Of a DNA stretch of 64,000 bases, positions 1-11,107 are shown in pieces. The stretch's first letter is position 1; the number at the start of each line of letters is the position of its first letter. Under the pieces are notes generated by a model. It ran no database searches, was not told the DNA's origin, and worked only from the letters and a program-made list of their open reading frames with translations. The position numbers and the translations under genes are program-made. This DNA comes from Scyliorhinus canicula (lineage: Eukaryota), in the NCBI RefSeq assembly GCF_902713615.1, contig NC_052149.1, forward strand, positions 126,359,256 through 126,423,255, given 5' to 3'.

Positions 1-660
1 GGATCATCCGTGTGAATCTCCGCTGGACACGCTCCAGTGCCAGTATGTCCTTCCTGAGATGTGGGGCCCAAAACTGGACACAGTACTCCAAATGGGGCCT
101 AACCAGAGCCTTATAAAGGCTCAGTAGCACATTGCTGCTTTTATATTCCAACCCTCTTGAGATAAATGACAACATTGTATTCGCTTTCTTAATCACGGAT
201 TCAACCTGCATGTTTACCTTTAGGGAATCCTTGACTAGCACTCCCAGATCCCTTTGTACTTTGGCATTATGAATTTTCTCACCGTTTAGAAAGTAGTCTA
301 TGCTTGGATTCTTTTTTCCAAAGTGCAAGACCTCACATTTTCTCACGTTGAATTGCATCAGCCATTTCCTGCACCACTCTCCCAAACTGTCTAGATCCTT
401 CTGCAGCCTCCCCACTTCCTCAGCACTACCTGCCTGACCACCTAACTTTGTATCATCGGCAAACTTCGCTAGAATGCCCCCAGTCCCTTCATCCAGATCA
501 TTAATATATATGGTGAACAGCTGTGGCCCCAACACTGAACCCTGTGGGACACCGCTGGTCACCGGCTGCCATTCCGAAAAAGAACCTTTTATCCCAACTC
601 TCTGCCTTCTGTCAGACAGTCAATCCTCAACCCATGCCAGTAGCTCACCTCGAACACCAT
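1..660 (-). mobile_element. CR1-clade LINE RT fragment
   Basis: Minus strand carries GVPQGSVLG, KFADD and PHLEYCVQFWAPHLRKDILALE type motifs. Confidence 0.85.
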
Positions 661-812
661 GGGCCTTATGTAGTTACATTGTATATCTTGTGTTGCCCTA
701 TAATGTATTTTCTTTTATTCCCTTTTCCTTCCATGTACTGAATGATCTGTTGAGCTGCTTGCAGAAAAATACTTTTCACTGTACCTCGGTACACGTGACA
801 ATAAACAAATCC
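661..812 (+). mobile_element. LINE 3' tail (Rex1/Babar-like) ending in (AATCC)n
   Basis: cactgtacctcggtacacgtgacaataaa matches the tails at about 37780 and 54930, the latter attached to a Rex1-like RT. Confidence 0.6.
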
Positions 813-1920
813 AATCCAATCCACCCACCCAGGAGAAAGGGACGTATAACCGCCGGAAGCGGGAGAAGACAGGAGAGTGACCCCCAACCCTTCGGCCCCT
901 TACCCTGGCAGAGCAGAGGGCACTGGACTTGGTCAGTGGACCGGAAAACAGGAAGGTCGCCGGGGTGAGGTTTGGCCGTGGGCGAGGAAGTGAGACCCCG
1001 TTTAATTGCGATTCCCCATGTAACATGGCAACCCCACACTCACTTCACCCCCACCCCAGAACCCTCCACCCACGTGCCCACTGCCACCAACCCCCGGCTC
1101 ACATTCTAATCATGTGTCTTGTCTTGTGTCTTGCAGGACCTGCTGGTGATGGGGTGATTCCATCTGCTGCCCCCCGACCCCAGCCACAGCCTGAGCCCCC
1201 CCCCCCCCCCCCCCCCCCCCCCCATGAGCTGAGCAGTGACGGGGATCGCAGGTCAGACACCAGTCCTCCGCCCGAGACTCAGGAGACCCCAGTGCTTGGG
1301 TCAGAGGATGACAGTGATTTCCCATCACAGCTGTCTCCAACACCCACCACCATCCCAGAAACATTCACCTTGGTTGGGCACTTTAATGAAGGGGCTTCTG
1401 GGACACTACCTGGTGCTCACCAAACAGCTGACCCGGTTAAGCAGGTGGAGGTAGGAACAGCCGAGGGGGTGGATGGTAGGAGGGTGGCCGAACCCAGGGG
1501 CCAGCTCCCGTGCAGATGGATTCTGGGATCCTGGGGCAATCTCATCTATAATGGAGACACAGTGGCAGAGCCGAGGACTCCATGACGGTTATCGGCGAGC
1601 ATCCAGCACCTGCAGGCAGAGGTGGAGGAGTCCAACTGCGGGAAACAGCAGGATGTGATGCCGACAATGCGTGCCACCCAGGCCGACACTGCACGATGTG
1701 GCATCCACGGTGGAGGCACTGAGGCAATGGTTTCGGCTATGGTGCAGCATGTCGAAGGCCTGGGGCATTCTGTGCAGGCGCTGGCCGAGGCCCAGGACAG
1801 TGTTGCTGCCTCACAGGCAGCCATATGCCAGAGCGACTTGGACATCGCTGCGGCGAACCTGAGCGTGGTCCAATCACAGCGGGCCATCGCTGGGAAAGTC
1901 AGCCGCTGGCCGACATGGTC

Positions 1921-2345
1921 AGACCCAGAGGGAGATGGCCCAGACCCAGAGGGAGATGGCCCAGACCCAGAGGGAGATGGCCCAGACCCAGAGGGAGATG
2001 GCCCAGACCCAGAGGGAGATGGCCCAGACCCAGAGGGAGATGGCCCAGACCCAGAGGGAGATGGCCCAGACCCAGAGGGAGATGGCCCAGACCCAGAGGG
2101 AGATGGCCCAGACCCAGAGGGAGATGCCCTAGACCCAGAGGGAGATGGCCCAAACCCAGAGGGAGATGGCCCAGACCCAGAGGGAGATGGCCCAGACCCA
2201 GAGGGAGATGGCCCAGACCCAGAGGGAGATGGCCCAGACCCAGAGGGAGATGGCCCAAACCCAGAGGGAGATGGCCCAGACCCAGAGGGAGATGGCCCAG
2301 ACCCAGAGGGAGATGGCCCAGACCCAGAGGGAGATGGCCCAGACC
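1921..2345 (+). repeat. 21-bp minisatellite (agacccagagggagatggccc), about 20 copies, encoding MAQTQRE heptads
   Basis: Seen directly; one copy has an in-frame TAG near 2130. Confidence 0.95.
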
Positions 2346-2641
2346 CCAGAGGGAGATGGCGCAGCCACTGGCTGATGTGACACAGACCGAGAAGGTGGTG
2401 GCCCATCGCAGCGTGATGTGGCGCCGTCCCATGGCCATGAGCGTGCAGACCCTGGTTGAGATTAGAGCAGGCCTCCAGTACTGGCATCGCCAGGTGTCGG
2501 GGGGGCATTAGGTGATGGCTCCACTTGCATCCCTGTCCCATGGAGTCATCGGGCACCCCGAGGGAGGAGGAGGTGTTGGGGCTCATGCCAGTGACTCCCG
2601 TATGGGAGGGGCTGGGACATCACAGCACCTCGGACTCCCCA

Positions 2642-2971
2642 TGTTGTTCTCTGTTGAATCTATCAGGATGCTTTGAGAACATAGTGTTAACAAAGAACAT
2701 CAAGGTGAGTTATTGAACAAAGCTGATTTATTTTACACTACTAAATTATAAGATTCTAACCAGTTAACAAGGAATAAGTTAATAAATAAAACAATGAAAT
2801 ATATTTTACAATAGAACTCTATGCGATCTGCCTAATCTCTCTAGCGCCTTGCAACCTTCTCCCAGAATCCCAGAAGTCACATGATATTTATATCACTGCT
2901 CCTTATCTCCATCTGGTGGTGAGAAGTATTATTACCTTATTGTTCACCCATTGTATTCCTTACAATACACA
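2642..2971 (-). mobile_element. Probable solo LTR
   Basis: AT-rich TG...CA-bounded insert interrupting the Harbinger gene; AATAAA on the minus strand; gtcacatg plus ccatctggtgg block shared with 43080-43426 and 48531-48821. Confidence 0.6.
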
Positions 2972-3892
2972 TATTGTTATATCCCCCTCCTCTCCCTGGT
3001 GCATCTGGCGGGCATTAGGCAGTATAGGTGGCACCAGGACACCCAGGATACCCGAGCAGCAGCCGGGCCCATCCAGGCCCTGTCGCCCCAGAAGATGCCC
3101 GCCAAGAGGGACCCAGGTCACAGAGTAGGAATCACAGCAGGCCGCCTCCACTCCTGCTGTACCATCTGGGGAACAACCTCAACATAGCGTTCAGGCCCGT
3201 AAGGCCAGAACGGTAGTCACCAGTTAAGTTGGCACAGGTGCAGGGCACAGATTAGGTATAGGAGCACAAACCTGTAAATATTTGTTCACATTAAGCACCT
3301 GTTATCACCATTACCACCTGCCTCGGTGCTGTATCCGATGGGCGTGAAGGGTGGGCTGGTCTGGGCTGGCCAGGGAGATGGTGCGGTGGGTGGGTGAGAA
3401 TAGGTGGCGTTGTGGGTGGGCTGGGCTCCCCCCCCTGCCCCCCCCCCCCCACTCACCCGACCGACCCATCACTGCCACCCCAAGGGTTCGCTGGGACCGT
3501 GTGATTGAATGGCCAGCTCGCATGCAGGGATCACTCAAGTGGACAGTGGAAAGTGCAGGAGTCAGACTTTGGCATACAAGGCAGAACGCCAGAGCTCATC
3601 ACAGAGCGGGTTGTCATCATCCTCCATCCCATAGACCAGGCCCACTGTTACTGCCAACCCAGGGCCTACACTCTGTAGTGCAGCAGGTATGTATCATGGA
3701 GGGAGTTGCAGGAGGGAGTTAACTGGGAGTGAGGTGAGGCGGGGTGTTGAATTGGGATGTGGTGTCTATGCCCCTGGCCAATCCTCTCCTCCTCCACCCC
3801 CCCTCCGTGGAGGGGATCAGAGTGCCTCCTGCGCATGCCATGCCTCTTCCTGTGCCTGCCATGTCCTACCTGTGTTGATCTTTCCTGCAGAC

Positions 3893-5445
3893 AATGGATA
3901 TTGGAATACAACCAGCAATGGTGACCTTCCTCCTAGTCCCTGTAGCTCTGAGGGATGCTCTGTGGCTGTACGAGCTGCTCGAAGAGGAGGAAGCTGCAGC
4001 AGCGGAACCTGTCCCAGGGGATCAGGTGGCAGCAGCTGAGGATGGATAGCCGGCTGCCTAACAGGCTGAGGAGGAGGTGCAAAGGAGGCGCCGCATGAGG
4101 CCCTTGTGTATTGGCAGCGGCTCTGTCATTCGAGGATCTGCCATGCCATCGAAGACTGTAGCTGAGCAGGGGGGCAATGTGACATATCTGCCAGATCATG
4201 GAGCACCTGATACAGCAGGGGAATGGGGAGGACACCCGCTCCCGGTGGTCGTCCGGAACTTCTACACCACGGGGTCCTTCCAGGTGCCGAGTGGGTACCT
4301 GTCCGGGATCTCACAGAGCATGGCGCAAAGGTGTATCTGTGCTGTCATGAAGGCACTCTGTGCCCAGTTGGCACAATACATCCATTTCAATGTGGACCGA
4401 GCCCACCAGGATGCTCGAACGCCACCATCACCGAGATGCCCCAGGTCCAGGGGGTGATTGACGGATGCATGTCGCCCTACAAACACCTGCAGATGACAGG
4501 TCGGCCGACACCAACCGAAAGGTGTTCCAATCGATGAACATGCAGCTGGTGTGTGACCATCAGCTGCACCTTATACACGTCTGCGCCTGATACCCTGTCA
4601 GTGTGCACGTCTTCATCCTGGCACACTCAACAGTTCCTGGCCTCTTCAAGGCACACAACTTGTGAGGGGTTGGCTCCTGGGTGATGGAGCTTGTCCGCTG
4701 CAGTTGTGGCTGATGACACCTACCCAGAGGCCACAGACCGACACAGAGACCCGCTACAACCATACGCCCATGTAGCAACCAGGGGCGTCATCGAGTATTG
4801 CTTCTACATCCTGAAGATGCAGTTCAGGTGTCTGGACTGACCTGGAGAATTTACATAGATAGAATTTACAGTGCAGAAGGAGGCCATTCGGCCCATCGAG
4901 TCTGCACCGGCTCTAGGAAAGAGCATCCTGCCCAAGGTCAACAGCTCCACCCTATCCCCATAACCCAGCAACCCCACCCAACACTAAAGGCAATTTTGGA
5001 CACTAAGGGCAATTTATCATGGCCAATCCACCTAACCCGCACATCTTTGGACTGTGGGAGGAAACCGGAGTTCTCGGAGGAAACCCACGCACACACGGGG
5101 AGGATGTGCAGACTCCGCACAGACAGTGACCCAAGCCGGAATTGAACCTGGGACCCTGGAGCTGTGAAGCCATTGTGCTATCCACAATGCTACCGTGATG
5201 CCCGTAAGAGCTGGGACGGTCGCCCGCATCGTGGTGGCCTGCTGCGCCCTCCAAAAAATCACGCAGCAGAGGGGCGACATGCTGGAGGAGGAGATTGAAC
5301 ACCAGTCCTCGTCCGATGAGCATTATCTGGAGGAGGGCGAGGATGGGTAGGACATGGGACCGGTCAGGCACAGGAGGCAGAACCACATGTGCACCAGGGC
5401 TGAGGCGCATGGGACGCTCTGGTCCCATCCAGGTTCACTGACTAG
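3893..5445 (+). pseudogene. Harbinger/PIF (HARBI1-like) DDE transposase, frameshifted and SINE-interrupted
   Basis: Motifs NFYTTGSFQ, GISQS, VQGVIDG, NRKxFQSMNMQLVCDH, WLLGD, LMTP, KMQFRCLD, RIVVACCALQ. Confidence 0.85.
4851..5203 (-). mobile_element. tRNA-derived V-SINE (HE1-type)
   Basis: Head with B-box (ggttcaattc), core gggtttcctccg...tcccacagtccaaagatgtg, CR1-type tail. Confidence 0.9.
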
Positions 5446-5469
5446 GGGGGAACTGGCCAGGGGCAAGGG

Positions 5470-6400
5470 CACCGCATCCCACCATCACGCACCCCCAGCC
5501 CCCCTCCCCACCACCCCGACCACACCCCCGCCCTCCCTCCTCTCCACCCGGGCCACCACCCCACCCCCCTCCCCACCACCCCGACCACCCCCCGCCCTCC
5601 CCTCCCCACAACCCAGGCCACCGCCCCGGCCACCCCCCCGCCCTCCCCTCCCCACCACCCGGCCACCCCCCTCACCCCCCTCCCCCCCACCCCCTCCCCC
5701 CACCACCCCCCTCCCCACCACCCCAGCCACCCCCCCCCCCCCCCCCCCCACCCTCCCCACCCCACCACCTCGGTCACCCCCCGGCCCTCCCCTCCCCACC
5801 ACCCCGGCCACCCCCCGCCCTCCCCTCCCCACCACCCCGGCCACCCCCCCCACCCTCCTCCCCACCATCCGGGCCACCACCCCGCCCCCCTCCCCACCAC
5901 CCAGGCCACCGCCCCGGCCACCCCCCCCCGCGCCCTCCCCACCCCACCTCCCTCCCCACCACCCAGGCCACCCCCCCCACCCTCCCTCCTCTCCACCCGG
6001 GCCACCACCCCACCCCCCTCCCCACCATCCGGGCCACCACCCCACCCCCCTCCCCACCATCCGGGCCACCACCCCGCCCCCCTCCCCACCACCCAGGCCA
6101 CCGCCCCGGCCACCCTCCCCCCACCCCCCCCGCCCTCCCCTCCCCACCACCCCGGCCACACCCCCGTCCCCCTCCCCACCACCCCGACCACCCCCCCTGC
6201 CCCCCTCCCCACCACCCCGGCCACAACCCCGCCCCCCTCCCCACCATCCGGGCCACCACCCCGCCCCCCTCCCCACCACCCGGGCCACCGCCCCATCCCC
6301 CTCCCCACCACCCCGACCAACCCCCCCGCCCTCCCTCCTCTCCACCCGGTCCACCACCCCGCCCCCCTCCCCACCACCCGGGCCACCACGGTGGGGGGCT
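5470..6400. repeat. C-rich degenerate tandem repeat (ccaccaccc/ccgg units); G-tract-rich minus strand
   Basis: Seen directly; lies between the convergent Harbinger genes. Confidence 0.9.
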
Positions 6401-6780
6401 GGAGGGGATGAGGGTGGCACAGCAGAGTGGTGAGCGCTGGCTGGACTGTGGTGCCCGACACCAACATCACCTGTCCTATCCTTTTCGCTCTGTGGTCAGC
6501 CAGACCAGCCAATCCCACACATCCTGCTGACAGAGCACCGACGCCGGGTGTAACATTGTGCACAGGTGTTTGGTGGGAAAACATATAGACAGATTTACGT
6601 TCGATCCCATATCGCTAAACTGTGCCCTGCACCCGTGCCAACCTAACTGGTGCCAGGACGGCGCTGAGGACCCGGGTTCGATCCCAGCCCCGGGTCACTG
6701 TCTGTGTGGAGTTTGCACATTCTCCACAACACAAAGATGTGCAGGTTAGGTGGGTTGGCAATACTAAATTGCCCCTTAAT

Positions 6781-7650
6781 CGGCTGGCACTGCCAGTCCT
6801 GGAGGCCCGTGCTGATCTCGACCAGGGTCTGTATGCTCACTGCCATAGAGCACACAGGGAGTGGACCACCTCCATCTGGGACTGCACCACATTATGCTGC
6901 CACTGTACCACCAGCTTCTGGGTCTGTGCCACAGCAGCCAGCGCCTAGGGAATGTCACTGCTGCTCTCAGCCATGGCCCCCTGTGACTGGGCCTCACTCA
7001 GGGCAGCCCTCACCTGGTCCTTGTCCAGTGCCTATACAGAGTGCCCCAGGCCTTGGACATGCTGATCCATGGCCAAAACCTTGGCTCCCAAGTTCTCCAC
7101 AGCAGACGCAACCCGTGCGGTGTCGGCCTGGGTGGCACATATGGCGGGCACCACCTCCTGCTCCTGCTCCAACTACAACAGCAGGTGCTGGATGCTCGCC
7201 AACCCCTCACGTAGTCCCTGGCTCTGCGACTACATCTCCTCTATAGATGCGACTGTTGTTCTAAAAGCCCAAAACCCACCTGGAAGGCAGCTAGTCCCTG
7301 AGATTGGCCCACCCTCCGACCGATCGCTGCCCGGGAGTTCCTACCTCCACATGATCTACCCCTGCATGTGTGCGGTGAGCACCAGAGAGTGTCCCAGGAG
7401 CCTCTTCACTGAAGTGCCCAACCCAGGTGAGTGTCTCTGGGATGGTGGAGGGTGTTGGAGACGCTATGACGGGAAGTCAGTGTCACCAGTGCAGGGCGAT
7501 GGCTCCCGTCCGTGTCAATGGCGTCCTTGTTGCTGACCGTCCCAGGGGTTCTTGCTGTGCTGCAGTTTCCCAAAGGTCAGGACGAATACCCATGCCAAGA
7601 GACTGTGCCGTGGCACCGTATAGCACTGGTCCACATAAACATGGACCAGG
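6781..7650 (-). pseudogene. Second Harbinger Myb/SANT-like gene remnant, convergent with the transposase
   Basis: Reverse complement aligns to 1320-1900 and 2370-2490 (e.g. cagcatgtccaaggcctggggcactctgt, cagaccctggtcgagat). Confidence 0.75.
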
Positions 7651-7656
7651 TGTACC

Positions 7657-7985
7657 GGGCAGCATGGTAGCACAAGTGGATCGTACTGTCGCTTCAGAGC
7701 GCCAGGGTCCCAGGTTCGATTCCCTGCAGGGTCACTGTCTGTGCGGAGTCTGCACGTTCTCCCCATGTCTGAGTGGGTTTCCTCCGGGTGCTCCGGTTTC
7801 CTCCCACAGTTCAAAGACGTGCACGTTAGGTGGATTGGCCATGATAAATTACCCTTAGTGTCCATAAAGGTGAGGAGAGGTTATTGGATTACGGGGATAG
7901 GGTGGAAGTGAGGGCTTAAGTGAGTCGGTGCAGCCTCGATGGGCTGAATGGCATCCTTCTGCACTGTATGTTCTATGTTCTATGT
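7657..7985 (+). mobile_element. V-SINE (HE1-type), full length, (TGTTCTA)n tail
   Basis: gggcagcatggtagcacaagtgg head, conserved core, CR1-type tail. Confidence 0.9.
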
Positions 7986-9080
7986 AACAGTACCTGGGGG
8001 CATTTTCCGGGACACAGGAAGCCCCTTGGTGGTCGGACTCTGGGCTGTATGGAACCCTGGTACCACCAATGCTACCCAGGACCTCTTGGCACTGCTAGCC
8101 TGGCACATTGCCAATGCATGAAGGCACCCTGGCAATGTCATGTGGTACTGCAAGGTTGGCAGAGTCAATGCCATTGTGCCCAGCTGGCAGATTGCCCAAG
8201 CCTGGGATCAGGCCTGGGGATTCCTTGCCCTCATCAGGCTTGATGAGGTGGATCGAGGACACCTTATTCAGGACGTTGGGGAATCCGGAGGCCGCGGTGG
8301 GAGTTGAGAGATGGGGGCAGCATTTAAAGATCACCCCCTGATCTCTCCCTGCACTGACGGGCTCAGCTCGCAGGAAGTGGATGTCAGTGCAGCCTCAGAG
8401 TCTCCTTCCTCACCAAGGCCCAAATATCCCAGAGTTCCCGGTTAATAACGGGATCATTTTCAGCACTGCAGGCTCCGGGAAACACCCCATTAAACACTCC
8501 CAAAACAGGAGCCTGTTCATTCCCAGTTACATTGCTCCCTGAGTAAATCAGTGGCTGCAGAAATGTTGTGGTGATCGGAGGGCCAGAGACAGATAGTTGG
8601 CATTTTGAAGGTGCCGTTGGAAGTGAATTGGGGAATAGGTTTTTCCAGGGATGGATACAGAAGGAGGTCGGGTTGGGGTGTGAAAGGGAGATGTGGGTGG
8701 GGAGTGATATAAGGAAGTGATCAGAGATGGTCTTATCTGTGATTGAAACTATGGGAGTAGTGAGACCACGTGAGGATGGTCAGGTCAAGGGGGAGGTGGG
8801 GAATATGGGTTGGAGAATTGTGATTGTGATGATTTAATCCCAGCAACTTTCAGTTTCTTTTCTGATTTGAATCTTGTAAACTCAGAGATTCCAGATAAAA
8901 CTGATCATTATAAAATGATTGATAATTGTCTTTGAATCCAATCTTCTGCTGATGTGTCATTGATTGACAGGCCAACCAGCCAATCATGACAAATCACTTG
9001 CTGAAATGCAGCCAATCAGCTGATGGGGAGGAGGGACATTTCCAAAGCACACACGAGACACAGACTGAATATTCTTAATG

Positions 9081-9086
9081 TTTATT
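9081..9086 (-). terminator. Probable polyadenylation signal of the light-chain mRNA
   Basis: AATAAA on the minus strand followed by a GU-rich tract (gtctgtgtctcgtgtgtg). An alternative AATAAA lies at 9176-9181. Confidence 0.6.
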
Positions 9087-9379
9087 ACCTTTTACAGATT
9101 TACATTGTCAGAAGAAAGACTTGAATAAACAGCCCAGCCAGAGGAAGCTGGAGAAATTCACAGGGAGAATGGAGGTTTATTAAAACACTTGTGGAGATTT
9201 TCTCAATGACATGAGAATCCTGTCCCTGTAAACGGTGACTAAACCTTAAATTGTAACTGCAGGGTGAGCAGGAAGGAGGTCTGCTTTCCTGAAGCAGGAA
9301 CTTCAGAGGGTCACATTATTTTTATACAGCTGACAGACTTCAGCATCTTAGAGAGGTTTTCCTTGGCATCACGAGTCTA

Positions 9380-9525
9380 CACTGTCCCATCAAACATTCC
9401 CAGGACAGGTACAGCACAGGGTTAGATACAGAGTTAAGCTCACTCTACACTGTCCCCTCAAGCACTCCCAGGACAGGTACAGCATGGAGTTAGATACAGA
9501 TTAAAGTTCCCTCTACACTATCCCA
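9380..9525 (+). repeat. Two copies of a ~70-bp unit (cactgtccc...caggacaggtacagc...ttagatacaga) inside the putative C 3'UTR
   Basis: Direct repeat seen directly. Confidence 0.75.
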
Positions 9526-9679
9526 AAACATGTCTTAACCCCTGACCCTCAGAAGTGTTTCACACCCAGTCCCGAGAATGAAGAGAGTTGTAATTCAGTG
9601 CTGACAATGACCTTTGCCCTCCCAGCTCACCCCTGTTCTATTTAAAGTTGTGTCTCCTCTGTGGACTGTCTCTAACACT

Positions 9680-10008
9680 CTACGCACATTCTGATCTCCT
9701 GATGCTCTTGCTGAGGGCAGAGGAGAGGCTCACGTGGGTGAGGGCACAGGAGAAGCGGGCGTTGGACTCCCAGGCAGAGCCAGAGAGGGTCAGCAGGCTG
9801 CTGACGCTGTAGGTGTTGTCCGAAGCTCGCAGGTAGTTGCTGGTCTGAACCCCGTCCGAAATGGCTGCACCATCCTTCTTCCACTCCACCACCAGCTCAT
9901 CGGGATAGAAGTGATTGGCAAGGCACACCAGGGTGGCAGTGCCCTTGGTCTTGACCTCCTCCAGGGAGGGGGGCAGCAGGGTCAGTGTGGGTTGTGAATT
10001 CTCACGGC
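9680..10008 (-). CDS. IGKC: Ig kappa-type light chain C exon: (S)RENSQPTLTLLPPSLEEVKTKGTATLVCLANHFYPDELVVEWKKDG...YSVSSLLTLSGSAWESNARFSCALTHVSLSSALSKSIRRSECA*
   Basis: Pyrimidine tract and AG acceptor (cttctcttccag) at 10009-10020; C1-set Ig motifs (LVC, FYP, W, YSVSS, FSCxxxH); penultimate Cys; TAG at 9680-9682; closely resembles shark NS4/type III C regions as I recall them. Confidence 0.96.
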
Positions 10009-10109
10009 CTGGAAGAGAAGAGAAGGAAATTAATTATTGTGTATTAGTGAATCCTGTGTACGCTTCAGTATTCAATTTGTATATTTTTGTCTCGTGATTG
10101 TATATTAAA

Positions 10110-10470
10110 ATACCAGTCAGCATAGATTTCAAAAGGGAAAATGGTATCCGACCAACCTGATTGAGCATTTTAAGGAGGCAACAGAGAGAGTAGACGCTGG
10201 GAATGCAGTAGATCTAATTTATCTGGATTTTCAAAAGATCTTCGATAAGGTGCCCCAGCATAGATGAACGAATAATGTCAGTGAATGTGGAGTCGGGGAT
10301 AAGTGACGGAATGGATTGCTCGCTGTCTTCAAGACAGAAAACAGATAGTGGGAGTAAAGGGTGGATTTTCAGAGTGGCAGAAGGTGGGAAGTGGTGTTCC
10401 CCAAGGATCAGTGCCGGGATCTCTGCTGTTCACAGCTTACATTCAACATTTGGACTTTGCATTTATATTC
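10110..10470 (+). mobile_element. Old CR1 RT fragment
   Basis: YLDFQKxFDKVP and SGVPQGSVPG motifs. Confidence 0.8.
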
Positions 10471-10593
10471 GAGGTGTTGATACTAAATTCAGGTTTTGTC
10501 AGAAACAATCGGAGTGTAGTGTATATTAATGCATTGTTTTTTTCTATGTTTGTAGTGTGTGTACATTTTTCTGTGTTCGATGTACAAACATGT

Positions 10594-11107
10594 GGGGTGC
10601 AATTCTCTGCTCCCCAGGCCGGGTGGGAGAATCGCGGGAGGGCCGCTCTGGCACCCCCCGTGATTCTCCCACCCTCCCCCCCAAATGGCGTGTTGCTTTT
10701 TGCGACACGCCGCTCGGAGAATCGCGGGTCGCCGTTTGTCACGGCGACCCGCGATTCTCTGGCCCGGATGGGCCGTGCGGCCTGCCATTCCCAACCTGTT
10801 CACGCCAGCGGCAACCACACCTGGTCGCTGCCGGCATGAACATGACGCAAAAGGTGAGTATGGGGCCTGTGGCGGCAGAGAGGGCATCGAGCACCACGGC
10901 CGTGCTCGGGAGGGGACAGCCCACGATCGGTGCCCACCGATCATCGGGCCGGTGTCTCCAAGGGATGCACTCTTTCCCCTCCACCGCCCCGCAAGATCAA
11001 GCCGCCACATCTTGCGGGGCAGCGGAGGGGAAGACGGCAACCGCACATGCGGGGGTTGGCGCCGGCCAACCTGCGCATGCGCGGCTGACGTCATTAGGCG
11101 CCGCCGG
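10594..11107. mobile_element. GC-rich Harbinger-type MITE, truncated
   Basis: Subterminal gattctcc/ggagaatcgc repeats shared with the other MITEs in the window. Confidence 0.65.

Larger units (their letters stand above)
820..3230 (+). pseudogene. Harbinger accessory (Myb/SANT-like) gene remnant with 21-bp array and solo-LTR insertion
   Basis: Peptides (YNRRKREKTG, DFPSQLSPTP, VGHFNEGASGTL, QHVEGLGHSVQAL) homologous to copies at 6781-7650 and 35609-36660; frameshifts. Confidence 0.7.

Noticed and set aside
1622-2380. Acidic DPEGDGP repeat protein
   Set aside because: Out-of-frame reading of the MAQTQRE array after a frameshift near 1905-1920.
5354-6584. Pro-rich and Gly-rich ORFs (extensin/formin-like)
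   Set aside because: Low-complexity C-rich repeat open on both strands.
7657-7730. tRNA gene-like heads
   Set aside because: SINE 5' ends continuing into the conserved SINE core; not standalone tRNA genes.
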